Assembly: GCA_943788915.1 (NCBI GenBank) | Contig: CALSSD010000003.1 | Span: forward strand, 1-50,662 | Length of the DNA stretch: 50,662 bases | Direction: 5' to 3' | Source of the DNA: an uncultured Acidimicrobiales bacterium | GTDB lineage: Bacteria; Actinomycetota; Acidimicrobiia; Acidimicrobiales; UBA10347 | Shown: piece by piece, positions 28,960 through 38,039 of the stretch | How the letters are laid out: each line of letters opens with the position of its first letter | Numbering within the stretch: position 1 is the first letter of the stretch | Program-made: the position numbers and the translations under genes | The notes under the pieces: model-generated | Databases searched by the model: none | Told to the model about the DNA's origin: nothing | Seen by the model: only the letters and a program-made list of their open reading frames with translations

Positions 28960-29382
28960 ATGCCTTTGTTTACAAAAACTGTTGAACCTGAGACTCCGTT
29001 CAAGAAGAACGAGATCGTCAAATCCACCATCGATCTGCCCGGTGTCCCCCAGGGAACCGTTGGCAAGGTCAAGGTCATCAACGGGTTCACCTGGACTCGG
29101 TACTGGGTGTTCTTCGACAACGGCGTCGATATGGGCCAACTCGACGCAAACGACCTGGTTCGACCCCAGCACTGGGACTATTTCTTCGAGCAAAAGGAAC
29201 TTGCTGCCGAGCGTGCCCTGGCCGCGGCCGAAGCAGCCGCCAACGGCACCGAGGCCACCGATGCTGGCGCAGGCGCCGCAGCAGCCGCCGACCCAAACGA
29301 CCCTCTGGCACGTATTCGAGCGCTCGTACCACCACACCTGCTCGAACGCAGCGCCGCCGCCCGTGCTCGCATGGGCGGCTGA
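28960..29382 (+). CDS. Hypothetical protein (beta-rich N-domain, Ala-rich linker, helical tail)
   Basis: High-GC3 codon usage; DLPGVPQGTVGKV..WTRYWVFFDNG; C-terminal VPPHLLERSAAARAR. Confidence 0.75.
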   Translation: MPLFTKTVEPETPFKKNEIVKSTIDLPGVPQGTVGKVKVINGFTWTRYWVFFDNGVDMGQLDANDLVRPQHWDYFFEQKELAAERALAAAEAAANGTEATDAGAGAAAAADPNDPLARIRALVPPHLLERSAAARARMGG

Positions 29383-29426
29383 GCTACCCGGCTGAGCTAC
29401 TCACCTAGCTGCGCTAACCAGTTGAG

Positions 29427-30323
29427 TTAGGCGGCTCGAGGGTTACTGACGCGTCTGCGCACCGACCGGGCAATTACCGCCGTTGCTTCGGCAACGGTGC
29501 CTTCGAGCGGGAAGAGTGCACTGACACCTGGGATCATTCCCCGGATGGTGAGGGGCAGATCCGTCTGAAAGAAGCTTTCCCATGCCTCGGGGCGAATCGG
29601 CACGTCGGTGTCGCGCATCAATACCGGGAAACTCGTTGCTTCAGCGAGATGGGCCAGCCCGCTAATCGCCGGAACCGTGATCCAGACACCAACACCGGTC
29701 GCCAACGCCGAGGTGGTTGCGTGGAGCGGCTCGATCCAGTCGGTCCATGTGGTATCGAACTCGGGACGGCCGTCAGGGTCAGTAATACATAGGTCAAGGA
29801 TTGTGGGCAGTGCATGGGCGGCAAGCTCCGCTACGTCGGCTGCCACGCACCATGGCTGCGATGCTTGGGGTGGGCCGGTGGCACCCCAACGCTGGGAGAG
29901 TAGAGCGCCGTCGAACCGACTTGCTGCAATGGTCGAGGTTGCGACACCACCACACGAGCCGCCAAGACCGCTGATCGCTCCGACATGGGGGTCGCCTGAT
30001 GCCGAACAGAAGGCAAATCGGTGTTCAAGCATATTGAGCAGTGTGAGCTCTTCGAGAAGATCTGCCGACGCTACAACACCATCAACTTCAGGGATCGAGA
30101 GTGCTTCGATGATGCGGTCAAGAAGTTCGCGCCGGTCCACGGGTGCGCCGGTTCGAGGGTCGACCTGGTGGTTACACGTAAGCAACACCATTTGGCCATC
30201 GTTAGGCACGGACTGGTCTGGCCGGCGGCGCGAAAGCAATCGATCCGCAATGGCCTCGGGACGCCGCACCCGGTGCGTGACGATGCGCGACCAGCTCGCG
30301 GCATGTAGCCGATAGGCACGCAT
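29427..30323 (-). CDS. Degenerate Cgl0159-like (class I aldolase fold) protein
   Basis: DRRELLDRIIEALSIPEVDGVVASADLLEELTLLNML resembles the family segment as I recall it; TAACCT 7 nt before ATG 30323. Confidence 0.55.
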   Translation of the reverse strand: MRAYRLHAASWSRIVTHRVRRPEAIADRLLSRRRPDQSVPNDGQMVLLTCNHQVDPRTGAPVDRRELLDRIIEALSIPEVDGVVASADLLEELTLLNMLEHRFAFCSASGDPHVGAISGLGGSCGGVATSTIAASRFDGALLSQRWGATGPPQASQPWCVAADVAELAAHALPTILDLCITDPDGRPEFDTTWTDWIEPLHATTSALATGVGVWITVPAISGLAHLAEATSFPVLMRDTDVPIRPEAWESFFQTDLPLTIRGMIPGVSALFPLEGTVAEATAVIARSVRRRVSNPRAA

Positions 30324-30439
30324 TCGCATGAGGTTACTCTCACACACATGACGAACTCGTGACCCACAAGCAACACAAGCAACATCTGCGAACGCAAGAG
30401 GAGCCACAGTGGACCTCGACGGCTTCGATAGCCTCAGAC

Positions 30440-30997
30440 GTGATGTACAACAAGGCTCTCCAGCACCGACGACACTCGCTACTCCTTGCACTGCTGCTGA
30501 CCCTGCTCAGCGCAGCGGTGTTTCCCGCAACTGCGTCGGCACACGCCGAACTACGTCAGGCATCACCTGACCGAGGCGAGGTGGTTGGCGGAGCCATCCA
30601 CTCGATCACCATGCAGTTCTTCAACCTTGACATCACCAAACCACAAGACGCCAAGGTGTTTGACCCTGCCGGCAATGAACTCGCTGGCCAGGTCAACCGA
30701 GAAGACCAGCGCCTGGTTATTGCGCTGATCGAGCCAATCAACAGCCCTGGTGACTATCTGGTCTCATTTGTGGTGAATGGCATCGACGGTGATCTCACCG
30801 AAGAATCCTTCACGTTCACCTGGCAAGAGGGCGCCGCAGAACCCAAAGGCCTCATGCTGACCGAGCCGATTGGACTCGACCCGTTGAACTACGTCTTGTT
30901 GTTAGTAGCCGCAGCGATCGCCGCCTTCCTCGTGCATCGGTTCATGGTCGCCCGCCGCGAACAACGAGCGGCACAGCTCGCCTACCAGGAGGAATAA
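30440..30997 (+). CDS. copC: CopC-family copper-binding protein with C-terminal membrane anchor
   Basis: Signal peptide ending ASA followed by HAELRQASP; PGDYLVSF..IDGD..FTF; C-terminal TM; start 30440 or 30443. Confidence 0.82.
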   Translation: MMYNKALQHRRHSLLLALLLTLLSAAVFPATASAHAELRQASPDRGEVVGGAIHSITMQFFNLDITKPQDAKVFDPAGNELAGQVNREDQRLVIALIEPINSPGDYLVSFVVNGIDGDLTEESFTFTWQEGAAEPKGLMLTEPIGLDPLNYVLLLVAAAIAAFLVHRFMVARREQRAAQLAYQEE

Positions 30998-31002
30998 TCG
31001 CC

Positions 31003-32436
31003 GTGGTCGCTACCAGCGTCTGGGCCGCGGGCGGAAGTCAAACCCCTGGACTCCAACGCCATCTCCATCGCCTCGCTCAGGCCAGCGCCATGCTCGCGGA
31101 CCTGTCACAAGCCGACGTGTTGATTATGCGACCCGAAGGCCATGCGTTTCGCGTCATTTCACATGTGCGACCAATGAACGCCCGCACGATGTATCCCGTC
31201 GATCAGGTTGACGAAGTCCTGCCCATGCGGACCCGTCCGCTCCTGACCCAAGCGTATGAGTCAGGCCAGGTCATGGACGGTGGTGTTTTCCTATCCCGCC
31301 AGGGCCGATGGATTCGCACACTCACCGTGCCCATCCGGTTCGAAGGCCAGATCGCCGGTGTCCTGGCTCGGGAATTCGCTCCCCATATCGAGGTCATGCC
31401 CGGCGACCTCGAGATCCACGCATTTGCCACCTTCCGCAGGTTCGCCGCCATGATTGCTGCTGGCAGTTTTCCGTTCGGCGTCGAGACTCGCCGCCATGAT
31501 CACCCTCCTCGGGTCGGCGACGGCATCATGTTGTTCGACCGTGCTGGCAAACTCGAATACGCCTCGCCGAACGCCCTGACCGTCCTTCGTCAGGTCGGCG
31601 CCAACCTCGTAAATATGGGTGACCGGCTCGGCGACATGGGCATCGATGCTCCCGGCGTACGCCAGGCGTTCGCAAACCGACTCGACTACACCGACGAGAT
31701 CGAAGTCGACCAGCGGGTCTTGAGCACGTACTGCGTGCCACTCCTCACCCAGACGGCGGTCACAGGCGCCCTCCTGCTCCTCCGCAACATCACCGAGCTA
31801 CGCCAACGTGACCGCTTACTGATGACCAAGGACGCCACCATCGCCGAGATCCATCATCGGGTTAAGAACAGCCTGCAGACCGCGTCATCATTGCTCCAGC
31901 TCCAGAGCCGCCGTGTCGCCACCGACGATGCCAAAGCAGCACTTGCCGAGTCAGCACGGCGCATCCGCACCATCGGGGTCGTGCATGAGTTGTTGTCGCA
32001 TCGCACCGACGACGAGGTGCAGTTTGGCGAGGTGCTCAAGATGCTCACGACGATGATCCGAGACGCGCTCGTCGACCCAACCCGTCCTGTCGAGTTTGTC
32101 ATCGATTGTGATCCGGCGATTCTGCCGAACAATCTGACCACTCCCCTAGCACTCATCGCCAGCGAACTGGTTCAGAACGCAATCGACCACGCCGAGTGCA
32201 CGACCGTGACTGTCAAGCTGCGAACCCAGCCCGACGCAGTCGTGCTCACGATCAGCGACGATGGCAAGGGGTTCCCCAACTTAGCTGAACCTTTTCCCGC
32301 CCCTGATTCCAGCGGTCTTGGCATGACCATCGTGGGCACGATCGCACAAAGCGAACTTGGCGGCTCGATGACGATCGGTGACAACGAGCCGGGTGCACGA
32401 ATCATTGTGCGAGTGCCACTCTTCGACGAGCGCTAG
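31003..32436 (+). CDS. Cytoplasmic sensor histidine kinase, PdtaS-like (N-terminal sensor, PAS, HisKA_2)
   Basis: MLADLSQADV, PRVGDG, YASPNA, KDATIAEIHHRVKNSLQ, ELVQNAIDH, DDGKG and GLG; no TM segments. Confidence 0.88.
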   Translation: MVATSVWAAGGSQTPGLQRHLHRLAQASAMLADLSQADVLIMRPEGHAFRVISHVRPMNARTMYPVDQVDEVLPMRTRPLLTQAYESGQVMDGGVFLSRQGRWIRTLTVPIRFEGQIAGVLAREFAPHIEVMPGDLEIHAFATFRRFAAMIAAGSFPFGVETRRHDHPPRVGDGIMLFDRAGKLEYASPNALTVLRQVGANLVNMGDRLGDMGIDAPGVRQAFANRLDYTDEIEVDQRVLSTYCVPLLTQTAVTGALLLLRNITELRQRDRLLMTKDATIAEIHHRVKNSLQTASSLLQLQSRRVATDDAKAALAESARRIRTIGVVHELLSHRTDDEVQFGEVLKMLTTMIRDALVDPTRPVEFVIDCDPAILPNNLTTPLALIASELVQNAIDHAECTTVTVKLRTQPDAVVLTISDDGKGFPNLAEPFPAPDSSGLGMTIVGTIAQSELGGSMTIGDNEPGARIIVRVPLFDER

Positions 32437-32520
32437 TTCGCGTGGGCAACGTCACCGAGCCATGCATGTTCAGCGGTGGCTGCGTGGACATTACGGCTCA
32501 GGTTCGGCACAATGGCTGCT

Positions 32521-33012
32521 GTGGCTGATCGATCGAACATGCACATTGCTCTAGGTGCCGTGGCAGGAGCGATCACTTGGACGGCGGCCGAGTACGCAAC
32601 CCACCGATGGGTGCTGCATGGACCGTTCGGCAAAGGACGGCTGAAACACCTGCCGCTAGGCGGGGTGCACCGGGCCCATCACCGAGCGCCCGACGCGACT
32701 TCGGTTGCCGCTCGAGCTGCAGGTCATGTGGCCGTCGCCGCCAGTGCTGCAGCAGCTTCGATCGGCCTGAGCATGGCTACCTCTACTCCTCTGGCCCGTT
32801 CAGCGGCCGCCGCTTTCGCCGCCGGTTACTCGACCTATGAGATCAACCACTGGAACGCACACCATCGCCCCGCTCGCACCCAGTGGGGTGAACGCGTCCG
32901 CGAGCGGCATCATCGCCACCACTTCGGCGCCCCGGCCTCGAACCTGGGTGTGACCATTGGCTTCTGGGATCAGGTCTTCGGCACCGAAGCACCTCTCCAG
33001 GTTGCTGCATGA
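32521..33012 (+). CDS. Fatty acid hydroxylase/sterol desaturase family protein
   Basis: His boxes EYATHRWVLH, HRAHH, YEINHWNAHH and HHRHH, then NLGVT..FWDQVFGT; start uncertain (32512-32539). Confidence 0.85.
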   Translation: MADRSNMHIALGAVAGAITWTAAEYATHRWVLHGPFGKGRLKHLPLGGVHRAHHRAPDATSVAARAAGHVAVAASAAAASIGLSMATSTPLARSAAAAFAAGYSTYEINHWNAHHRPARTQWGERVRERHHRHHFGAPASNLGVTIGFWDQVFGTEAPLQVAA

Positions 33013-35510
33013 GCGACTACCCACTTCTTAGCCGCCTCCCTGACAACGACGACCCCGACGAGATCCTCGAAGGTTTCTTCGACTACTTGGAGTCGACTGG
33101 CATCGAGCCATACCCGGCGCAAGAGGAAGCGATCCTCGAACTTCTCACTGGCAACAATGTGATCCTGGCGACCCCCACAGGTTCTGGTAAGTCGCTTGTT
33201 GCGACCGCTGCCCATTTCGCTGGTCTTGCTGGTGGACGGCGCAGTTTCTACACCGCACCGATTAAGGCACTCGTCAGCGAGAAGTTCTTTGCGCTGTGCA
33301 AAGACTTCGGCACCGACTCCGTTGGCATGATTACCGGCGACGGATCTGTGAACCCCGGCGCTCCCATCATCTGCTGCACCGCCGAGATCCTTGCCAACAT
33401 GGCACTTCGTGAAGGACCCAACGCCAACGTCGACATCGTGATCGTCGACGAGTTTCACTTTTACAGCGAATCACAGCGAGGCTGGGCGTGGCAGATCCCG
33501 CTGCTCGAACTGTCGGGCTGCCAGTTCCTGCTGATGTCAGCCACGCTTGGCGACACGGCTCGATTCGAGACCGGGCTCGAAGAACTCACTGGCCGCCCCA
33601 CGACGCTGGTCAAGACCACCAAGCGCCCCGTGCCGCTCAGGTTTGCGTACCGCAAAACCAGCCTTCTGGAATCCGTCGAGGCGCTCGTCGACGCCGGCCG
33701 GGCTCCCATCTACATCGTGTATTTCACCCAGAGAGACGCCACCGAAGCTGCCCAAAGTTTCATGAGTGTCAATGTCCTCACCAAGGAAGAGAAGGCCGCA
33801 GTCAAGGCCGAGATCGGTGGGTTCAGGTTCGACAGCCCGATTGGTAAAGACCTGCATCGGTTCGTGAACCATGGCATTGGCGTGCACCATGCCGGTCTGC
33901 TTCCCAAATACCGCCTGCTGGTCGAACGGCTCGCGCAGAAGGGCCTGCTGAAATTGATCTGCGGCACCGACACGCTGGGTGTTGGCGTCAACGTGCCCAT
34001 CCGTTCGGTGCTGCTTTCACAGCTGTGTAAATACGACGGTGTGCGCACCCGCACGCTAAAGGTTCGTGAGTTCCAGCAGATCGCAGGCCGTGCCGGACGT
34101 AAGGGCTTCGACGATGTCGGCGATGTGTGGGCCCAGGCGCCAGCCCATGTTGTCGAGAACATCAAGGCCGAAGAGAAAGCCGCGAACGACCCGAAGAAAA
34201 AGAAGAAGCTGGTCAAGAAGAAACCACCCGAACGGGGCTACACCCACTGGAGCGAAGAAACCTTCACCAAACTCGTCGAAGGCGACCCTGAGTCGTTGGA
34301 CTCCAGCTTCGACGTAAGCCATCACATGCTGATGAACGTGCTCGACCGGCCCGGCGACGGGTGCGGTGCGATGAAGCAGATCCTGCTCACCAACCATGAG
34401 CCTCGAAGGCGTCAACGTTCACACATCAAACGGGCCATTAGCATCTACCGCTCACTGCTGGCCGCCGACGTCGTTGAAACGCTCGACGAGCCCGACGATC
34501 AAGGGCGCACGGTACGAGTCACCATCGACCTGCAGGACGATTTTGCGCTAACACAGCCGCTGTCTCTGTTTGCTGTCGAGGCCATCGATGCACTCGAGAA
34601 GGACGCTCCTGACTACGAGCTCAATGTGCTCAGCGTGGTCGAGGCCGTGATCGAATCACCTGGTGTGATCATGGCGGCGCAGCTCAACCAGCTTCGAGGC
34701 GAACTCGTGACCGAACTCAAGTCCGCCGGCGTCGAATACGACGAACGTATGGAGAAGCTCGACGCACTCGAAGCACCCAAGCCGCTCGCCGACTTTCTGT
34801 ACCCAGCGTTCGACATCTTCCGTCAGCACCATCCGTGGGTCGGCCAAGACAACGTGCGCCCCAAGTCCATCGCCCGAGAGTTATGGGAACGGGCCATGAC
34901 ATTCAGCGAGTACATCCAGCACTACGGGCTGAAACGGTCCGAGGGTGTGCTGCTGCGATACCTGAGCGATGCCTATAAAGGACTGGTGCAGAATGTGCCC
35001 GAAGATGCCAAGACCGATGAGCTGTACGACCTGACCGACTGGCTTGGCGAAGTTGTGCGTCAGGTGGACTCCAGCTTGCTCGACGAATGGGAACGACTCA
35101 CCAACCCCACTGATGACCCACAAGCCCCAGTGGTACCTGAGCGTCGGGACGTGACCCAGACCCACGCGTTCCGCACCATGGTCCGCAACGAGGCGTTCCG
35201 ATGGATCCAGCTCCTTGCCCGCAGTCGCACTTCCACACTCGCCGAGGTCAGTGCTTTGTCGAGCGAGGAGATCGCAGATCAGTGGGCTGGTTACTTCGAC
35301 GAACACGAAGAAGTGATCAGTGGCCCCGATGCCCGAGGACCGCAGCACTTTGTCTATGACGTCGCCACCGGCGAGGTCACCCAAACAATTGTGGATCCGG
35401 ACCAGTTTCTCGAGTGGAAGGCCAGGGGCAAGGTCGACTTCGAAGCCTCCCGTTCCCAAGGTCATGCGGTCGTTGAGTTCACCGGCGTCGCCCCAATCCC
35501 CCAGACCTAA
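33009..35510 (+). CDS. Ski2/HelY-like DExH-box helicase with DUF3516-type C-terminus
   Basis: TPTGSGKS, APIKAL, DEFH, MSAT, GVHHAG, TDTLGVGVNVP and QIAGRAGR. Confidence 0.92.
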   Translation: MSDYPLLSRLPDNDDPDEILEGFFDYLESTGIEPYPAQEEAILELLTGNNVILATPTGSGKSLVATAAHFAGLAGGRRSFYTAPIKALVSEKFFALCKDFGTDSVGMITGDGSVNPGAPIICCTAEILANMALREGPNANVDIVIVDEFHFYSESQRGWAWQIPLLELSGCQFLLMSATLGDTARFETGLEELTGRPTTLVKTTKRPVPLRFAYRKTSLLESVEALVDAGRAPIYIVYFTQRDATEAAQSFMSVNVLTKEEKAAVKAEIGGFRFDSPIGKDLHRFVNHGIGVHHAGLLPKYRLLVERLAQKGLLKLICGTDTLGVGVNVPIRSVLLSQLCKYDGVRTRTLKVREFQQIAGRAGRKGFDDVGDVWAQAPAHVVENIKAEEKAANDPKKKKKLVKKKPPERGYTHWSEETFTKLVEGDPESLDSSFDVSHHMLMNVLDRPGDGCGAMKQILLTNHEPRRRQRSHIKRAISIYRSLLAADVVETLDEPDDQGRTVRVTIDLQDDFALTQPLSLFAVEAIDALEKDAPDYELNVLSVVEAVIESPGVIMAAQLNQLRGELVTELKSAGVEYDERMEKLDALEAPKPLADFLYPAFDIFRQHHPWVGQDNVRPKSIARELWERAMTFSEYIQHYGLKRSEGVLLRYLSDAYKGLVQNVPEDAKTDELYDLTDWLGEVVRQVDSSLLDEWERLTNPTDDPQAPVVPERRDVTQTHAFRTMVRNEAFRWIQLLARSRTSTLAEVSALSSEEIADQWAGYFDEHEEVISGPDARGPQHFVYDVATGEVTQTIVDPDQFLEWKARGKVDFEASRSQGHAVVEFTGVAPIPQT

Positions 35511-35590
35511 CGAACCGGTGCCAGGCACCTGTGCGTTAGTTAGGACCAGGTTGGGCCACCACGGTGGTTTCTGCTTGCAGTGTTGTGTTG

Positions 35591-35596
35591 TAGATT
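35591..35596 (+). promoter_or_regulatory. -10 box TAGATT for the flavodoxin
   Basis: TANNNT 7 nt before GTG 35604. Confidence 0.55.
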
Positions 35597-35603
35597 CTGA
35601 GAC

Positions 35604-36035
35604 GTGAATGTTCTCGTGACCTACAGCAGCCGATCGGGCAACACCGAACGAACAGCCGAATACATCGGCGGCGAGTTCGCTTCCCGAGGCCACGATGTCC
35701 TCGTGCGCCCATGGGACGGCTTGGACTTCGCCGAAGTATCGGCCGCCGACCTTGTCTGCGTCGGCACCTGGGTTCATGGCCTGTTCGTCGTCGGCCAACA
35801 CGCCGCCGACACCGATCGCCTCCGCAAGATGCCGATGTTGTGGAACAAGCCTGTTGCCGCATTCATGACCTACGCACTCAATGCAGGCCAAGCCATCGAC
35901 GACATGGCCGAATTCCTCGAACAAGACATGGGCGCCAACGTGATCGCGGGCCAATCCATGCGAGCCAAGGACGCCGCCAAACTTGTGCCCGGCTTCGTCG
36001 ACGATGTCCTCGCAAGGGTCAAAGTAACCGCATAG
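35604..36035 (+). CDS. Flavodoxin family protein
   Basis: VTYSSRSGNTERTA FMN-binding loop and ADLVCVGTW. Confidence 0.85.
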   Translation: MNVLVTYSSRSGNTERTAEYIGGEFASRGHDVLVRPWDGLDFAEVSAADLVCVGTWVHGLFVVGQHAADTDRLRKMPMLWNKPVAAFMTYALNAGQAIDDMAEFLEQDMGANVIAGQSMRAKDAAKLVPGFVDDVLARVKVTA

Positions 36036-36037
36036 GC

Positions 36038-36089
36038 GTCGTCCGCCTTTCGGCTCGTTCCTCATCGAAACGCTGCGTGAGTTAACGCC
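36038..36089. repeat. Solo diverged copy of the 82-bp repeat unit
   Basis: 42 of 52 identical, ungapped, to positions 73-124; fills the gap between two convergent genes. Confidence 0.85.
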
Positions 36090-36095
36090 CGAGCT

Positions 36096-37277
36096 TCAAC
36101 TCGCCCTCAAAACTGCGAGCCGGTCAACGGCTTCGTCGAGCATCACATCTTGTTTGCAGAAGGCAAAACGCACCAGATGTTTGCCTTCGTCCTTATTGGT
36201 ATAAAACACTTGGCTTGGGATCGCGACCACACCGGCCATCTCGGGCAGTGCCAGGCAGAACTTGCGTCCGTCGTCGTAACCGAGGGGCCGTATGTCGACC
36301 GTGGTGAAGTAGGTGCCTTGCGGGGAGTACACATTGAACCCAGCATCGACCAGTCCAGCGTTCAGCCGGTCTCGTTTGCCTTGCAGGGTTGCGGCGAAGT
36401 CGGTGAAATAGTCGTCGCCCAGCCGCAGCCCAACGGCGATCGCCGATTGGAACGGAGCGGCGTTCACGAACGTGAGGAACTGTTTGACCGAACGGATCGC
36501 ATTGATCAGCTCAGGCCGGGCGCAGGCCCAACCCACCTTCCAACCAGTAAATGAGAACGTCTTGCCACCGGAGCTGATCGTGATGGTCCGATCGGCCATA
36601 CCGGGAAGCGTGGCGATGGGAATATGTTCGGTTCCGTCGAACGTCAGATGTTCGTAGACCTCGTCGGAGATCACCAGTAGGTCATGATCGAGCGCAAGTT
36701 CAGCAATCTGCATGAGTTCGGTTCGGGTGAACACCTTGCCGGTCGGGTTGTGCGGCGTGTTGAGCAACAACACCTTCGTCTGTGGGGTGATAGCGGCTCG
36801 TAGCTCATCGATCTCGAACTGGAACCCGACCTGACCATCTGTCGGTGGTCGAAGTGTGACGACCTTGCGGGTGCCACCAGTAAGCGCCACGCCAGCGGCA
36901 TAACTGTCGTAGTAGGGCTCGAACATGACGACTTCGTCGCCCGGCCGAACGAACGCCAGCAGCGAAGCAGCGAGCGCTTCGGTTGCACCAGCGGTGACCA
37001 GCACCTCGGTCGCCGGGTCGAACGTCAAATTCCAGAATCGTTGCTGGTGTTCAGCGACAGCCTGGCGAAGGTCGAACTCACCGGGCAACGGCGGGTACTG
37101 GTTTACACCCGACGTCAGTGCCGTCACCGCAGCCTGGAGGACCTTGTCGGGTCCGTCGGTATCAGGGAAACCTTGACCCAGGTTCAGAGCGTTCGTGCGC
37201 ACCGCCAGAGCAGACATCTCGGCAAAGATCGTCTCGCCAAACTCTGCGAGGCCCGGATGGCCGACCGACTCGTTCAT
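36096..37277 (-). CDS. Class I/II PLP aminotransferase (DapC/YbdL-like)
   Basis: TIFAEMSALA, NLGQGFPD, NTPHNPTG, SDEVY and SGGKTFSFTGWKVGW. Confidence 0.92.
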   Translation of the reverse strand: MNESVGHPGLAEFGETIFAEMSALAVRTNALNLGQGFPDTDGPDKVLQAAVTALTSGVNQYPPLPGEFDLRQAVAEHQQRFWNLTFDPATEVLVTAGATEALAASLLAFVRPGDEVVMFEPYYDSYAAGVALTGGTRKVVTLRPPTDGQVGFQFEIDELRAAITPQTKVLLLNTPHNPTGKVFTRTELMQIAELALDHDLLVISDEVYEHLTFDGTEHIPIATLPGMADRTITISSGGKTFSFTGWKVGWACARPELINAIRSVKQFLTFVNAAPFQSAIAVGLRLGDDYFTDFAATLQGKRDRLNAGLVDAGFNVYSPQGTYFTTVDIRPLGYDDGRKFCLALPEMAGVVAIPSQVFYTNKDEGKHLVRFAFCKQDVMLDEAVDRLAVLRAS

Positions 37278-37972
37278 GATGCCGCTTGTTTCGTACAGGC
37301 CTCGTCCATGAGTTCCTGCAAGACCTTGCCGAGCTCCGCACTGAACCGAGCTCGATCGCCGACCGTGACCCGTTTGCCGCTTGATGTCGGGGGCTGCATA
37401 ATTTCGCCGACCTCCATGATGACCTTTACCCGCTTAGGGAACTTGGTGCCCTTGGCCATGGCCTCGCCCGTGCCTGCGATCCCGACCGGCACGACCTGGG
37501 CACCGGTCTTTGCCGCCAAGTAGGCGACGCCGTCGTAGATATCACCGATCTTCTGGCCCTCTTGGCGGGTTCCCTCAGGGAATACAAACATCGCCTCGCC
37601 GTTGTCGAGCAGCATGCGCGCTGCCCTGAGTGCTTCGCGGTCAGCCGTGCCCCGCTCGACCGGGAACGCTCCGAGCGATGCAACCAGCCAAGCAAACGGC
37701 TGCTTATCGAACATGGTGTGTTTGGCCAGCGCACGAGTCCGTCGACTCGATGCACCAGCAACCAACATCGAGTCGAGATTCGATCGATGCACCGGTGCAA
37801 GAATCAGCGGACCTTCAACGTTGAGATTCTCAACCTGGCCATGCACTTCGACCTTGAAATACGGATTCATGATCTTGCGAATAAAGGTCACGACGACCTT
37901 GTACACCATCATCGCCGACGGCCGAGCGCCAACGTCGAGTGCGTATTGTTGCGGGTCTTCCATTGCAGCCAC
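37274..37972 (-). CDS. 1-acyl-sn-glycerol-3-phosphate acyltransferase (PlsC family)
   Basis: HRSNLD, GAFPVERG and VFPEGTR; TACCTT 6 nt before GTG 37972. Confidence 0.9.
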   Translation of the reverse strand: MAAMEDPQQYALDVGARPSAMMVYKVVVTFIRKIMNPYFKVEVHGQVENLNVEGPLILAPVHRSNLDSMLVAGASSRRTRALAKHTMFDKQPFAWLVASLGAFPVERGTADREALRAARMLLDNGEAMFVFPEGTRQEGQKIGDIYDGVAYLAAKTGAQVVPVGIAGTGEAMAKGTKFPKRVKVIMEVGEIMQPPTSSGKRVTVGDRARFSAELGKVLQELMDEACTKQAAS

Positions 37973-38039
37973 GTCATGAAGGTAACCGTCCGCCGCTGAA
38001 CCCGCATACACCCCGGTGTCGGCCGGTACTCTGCCAACC

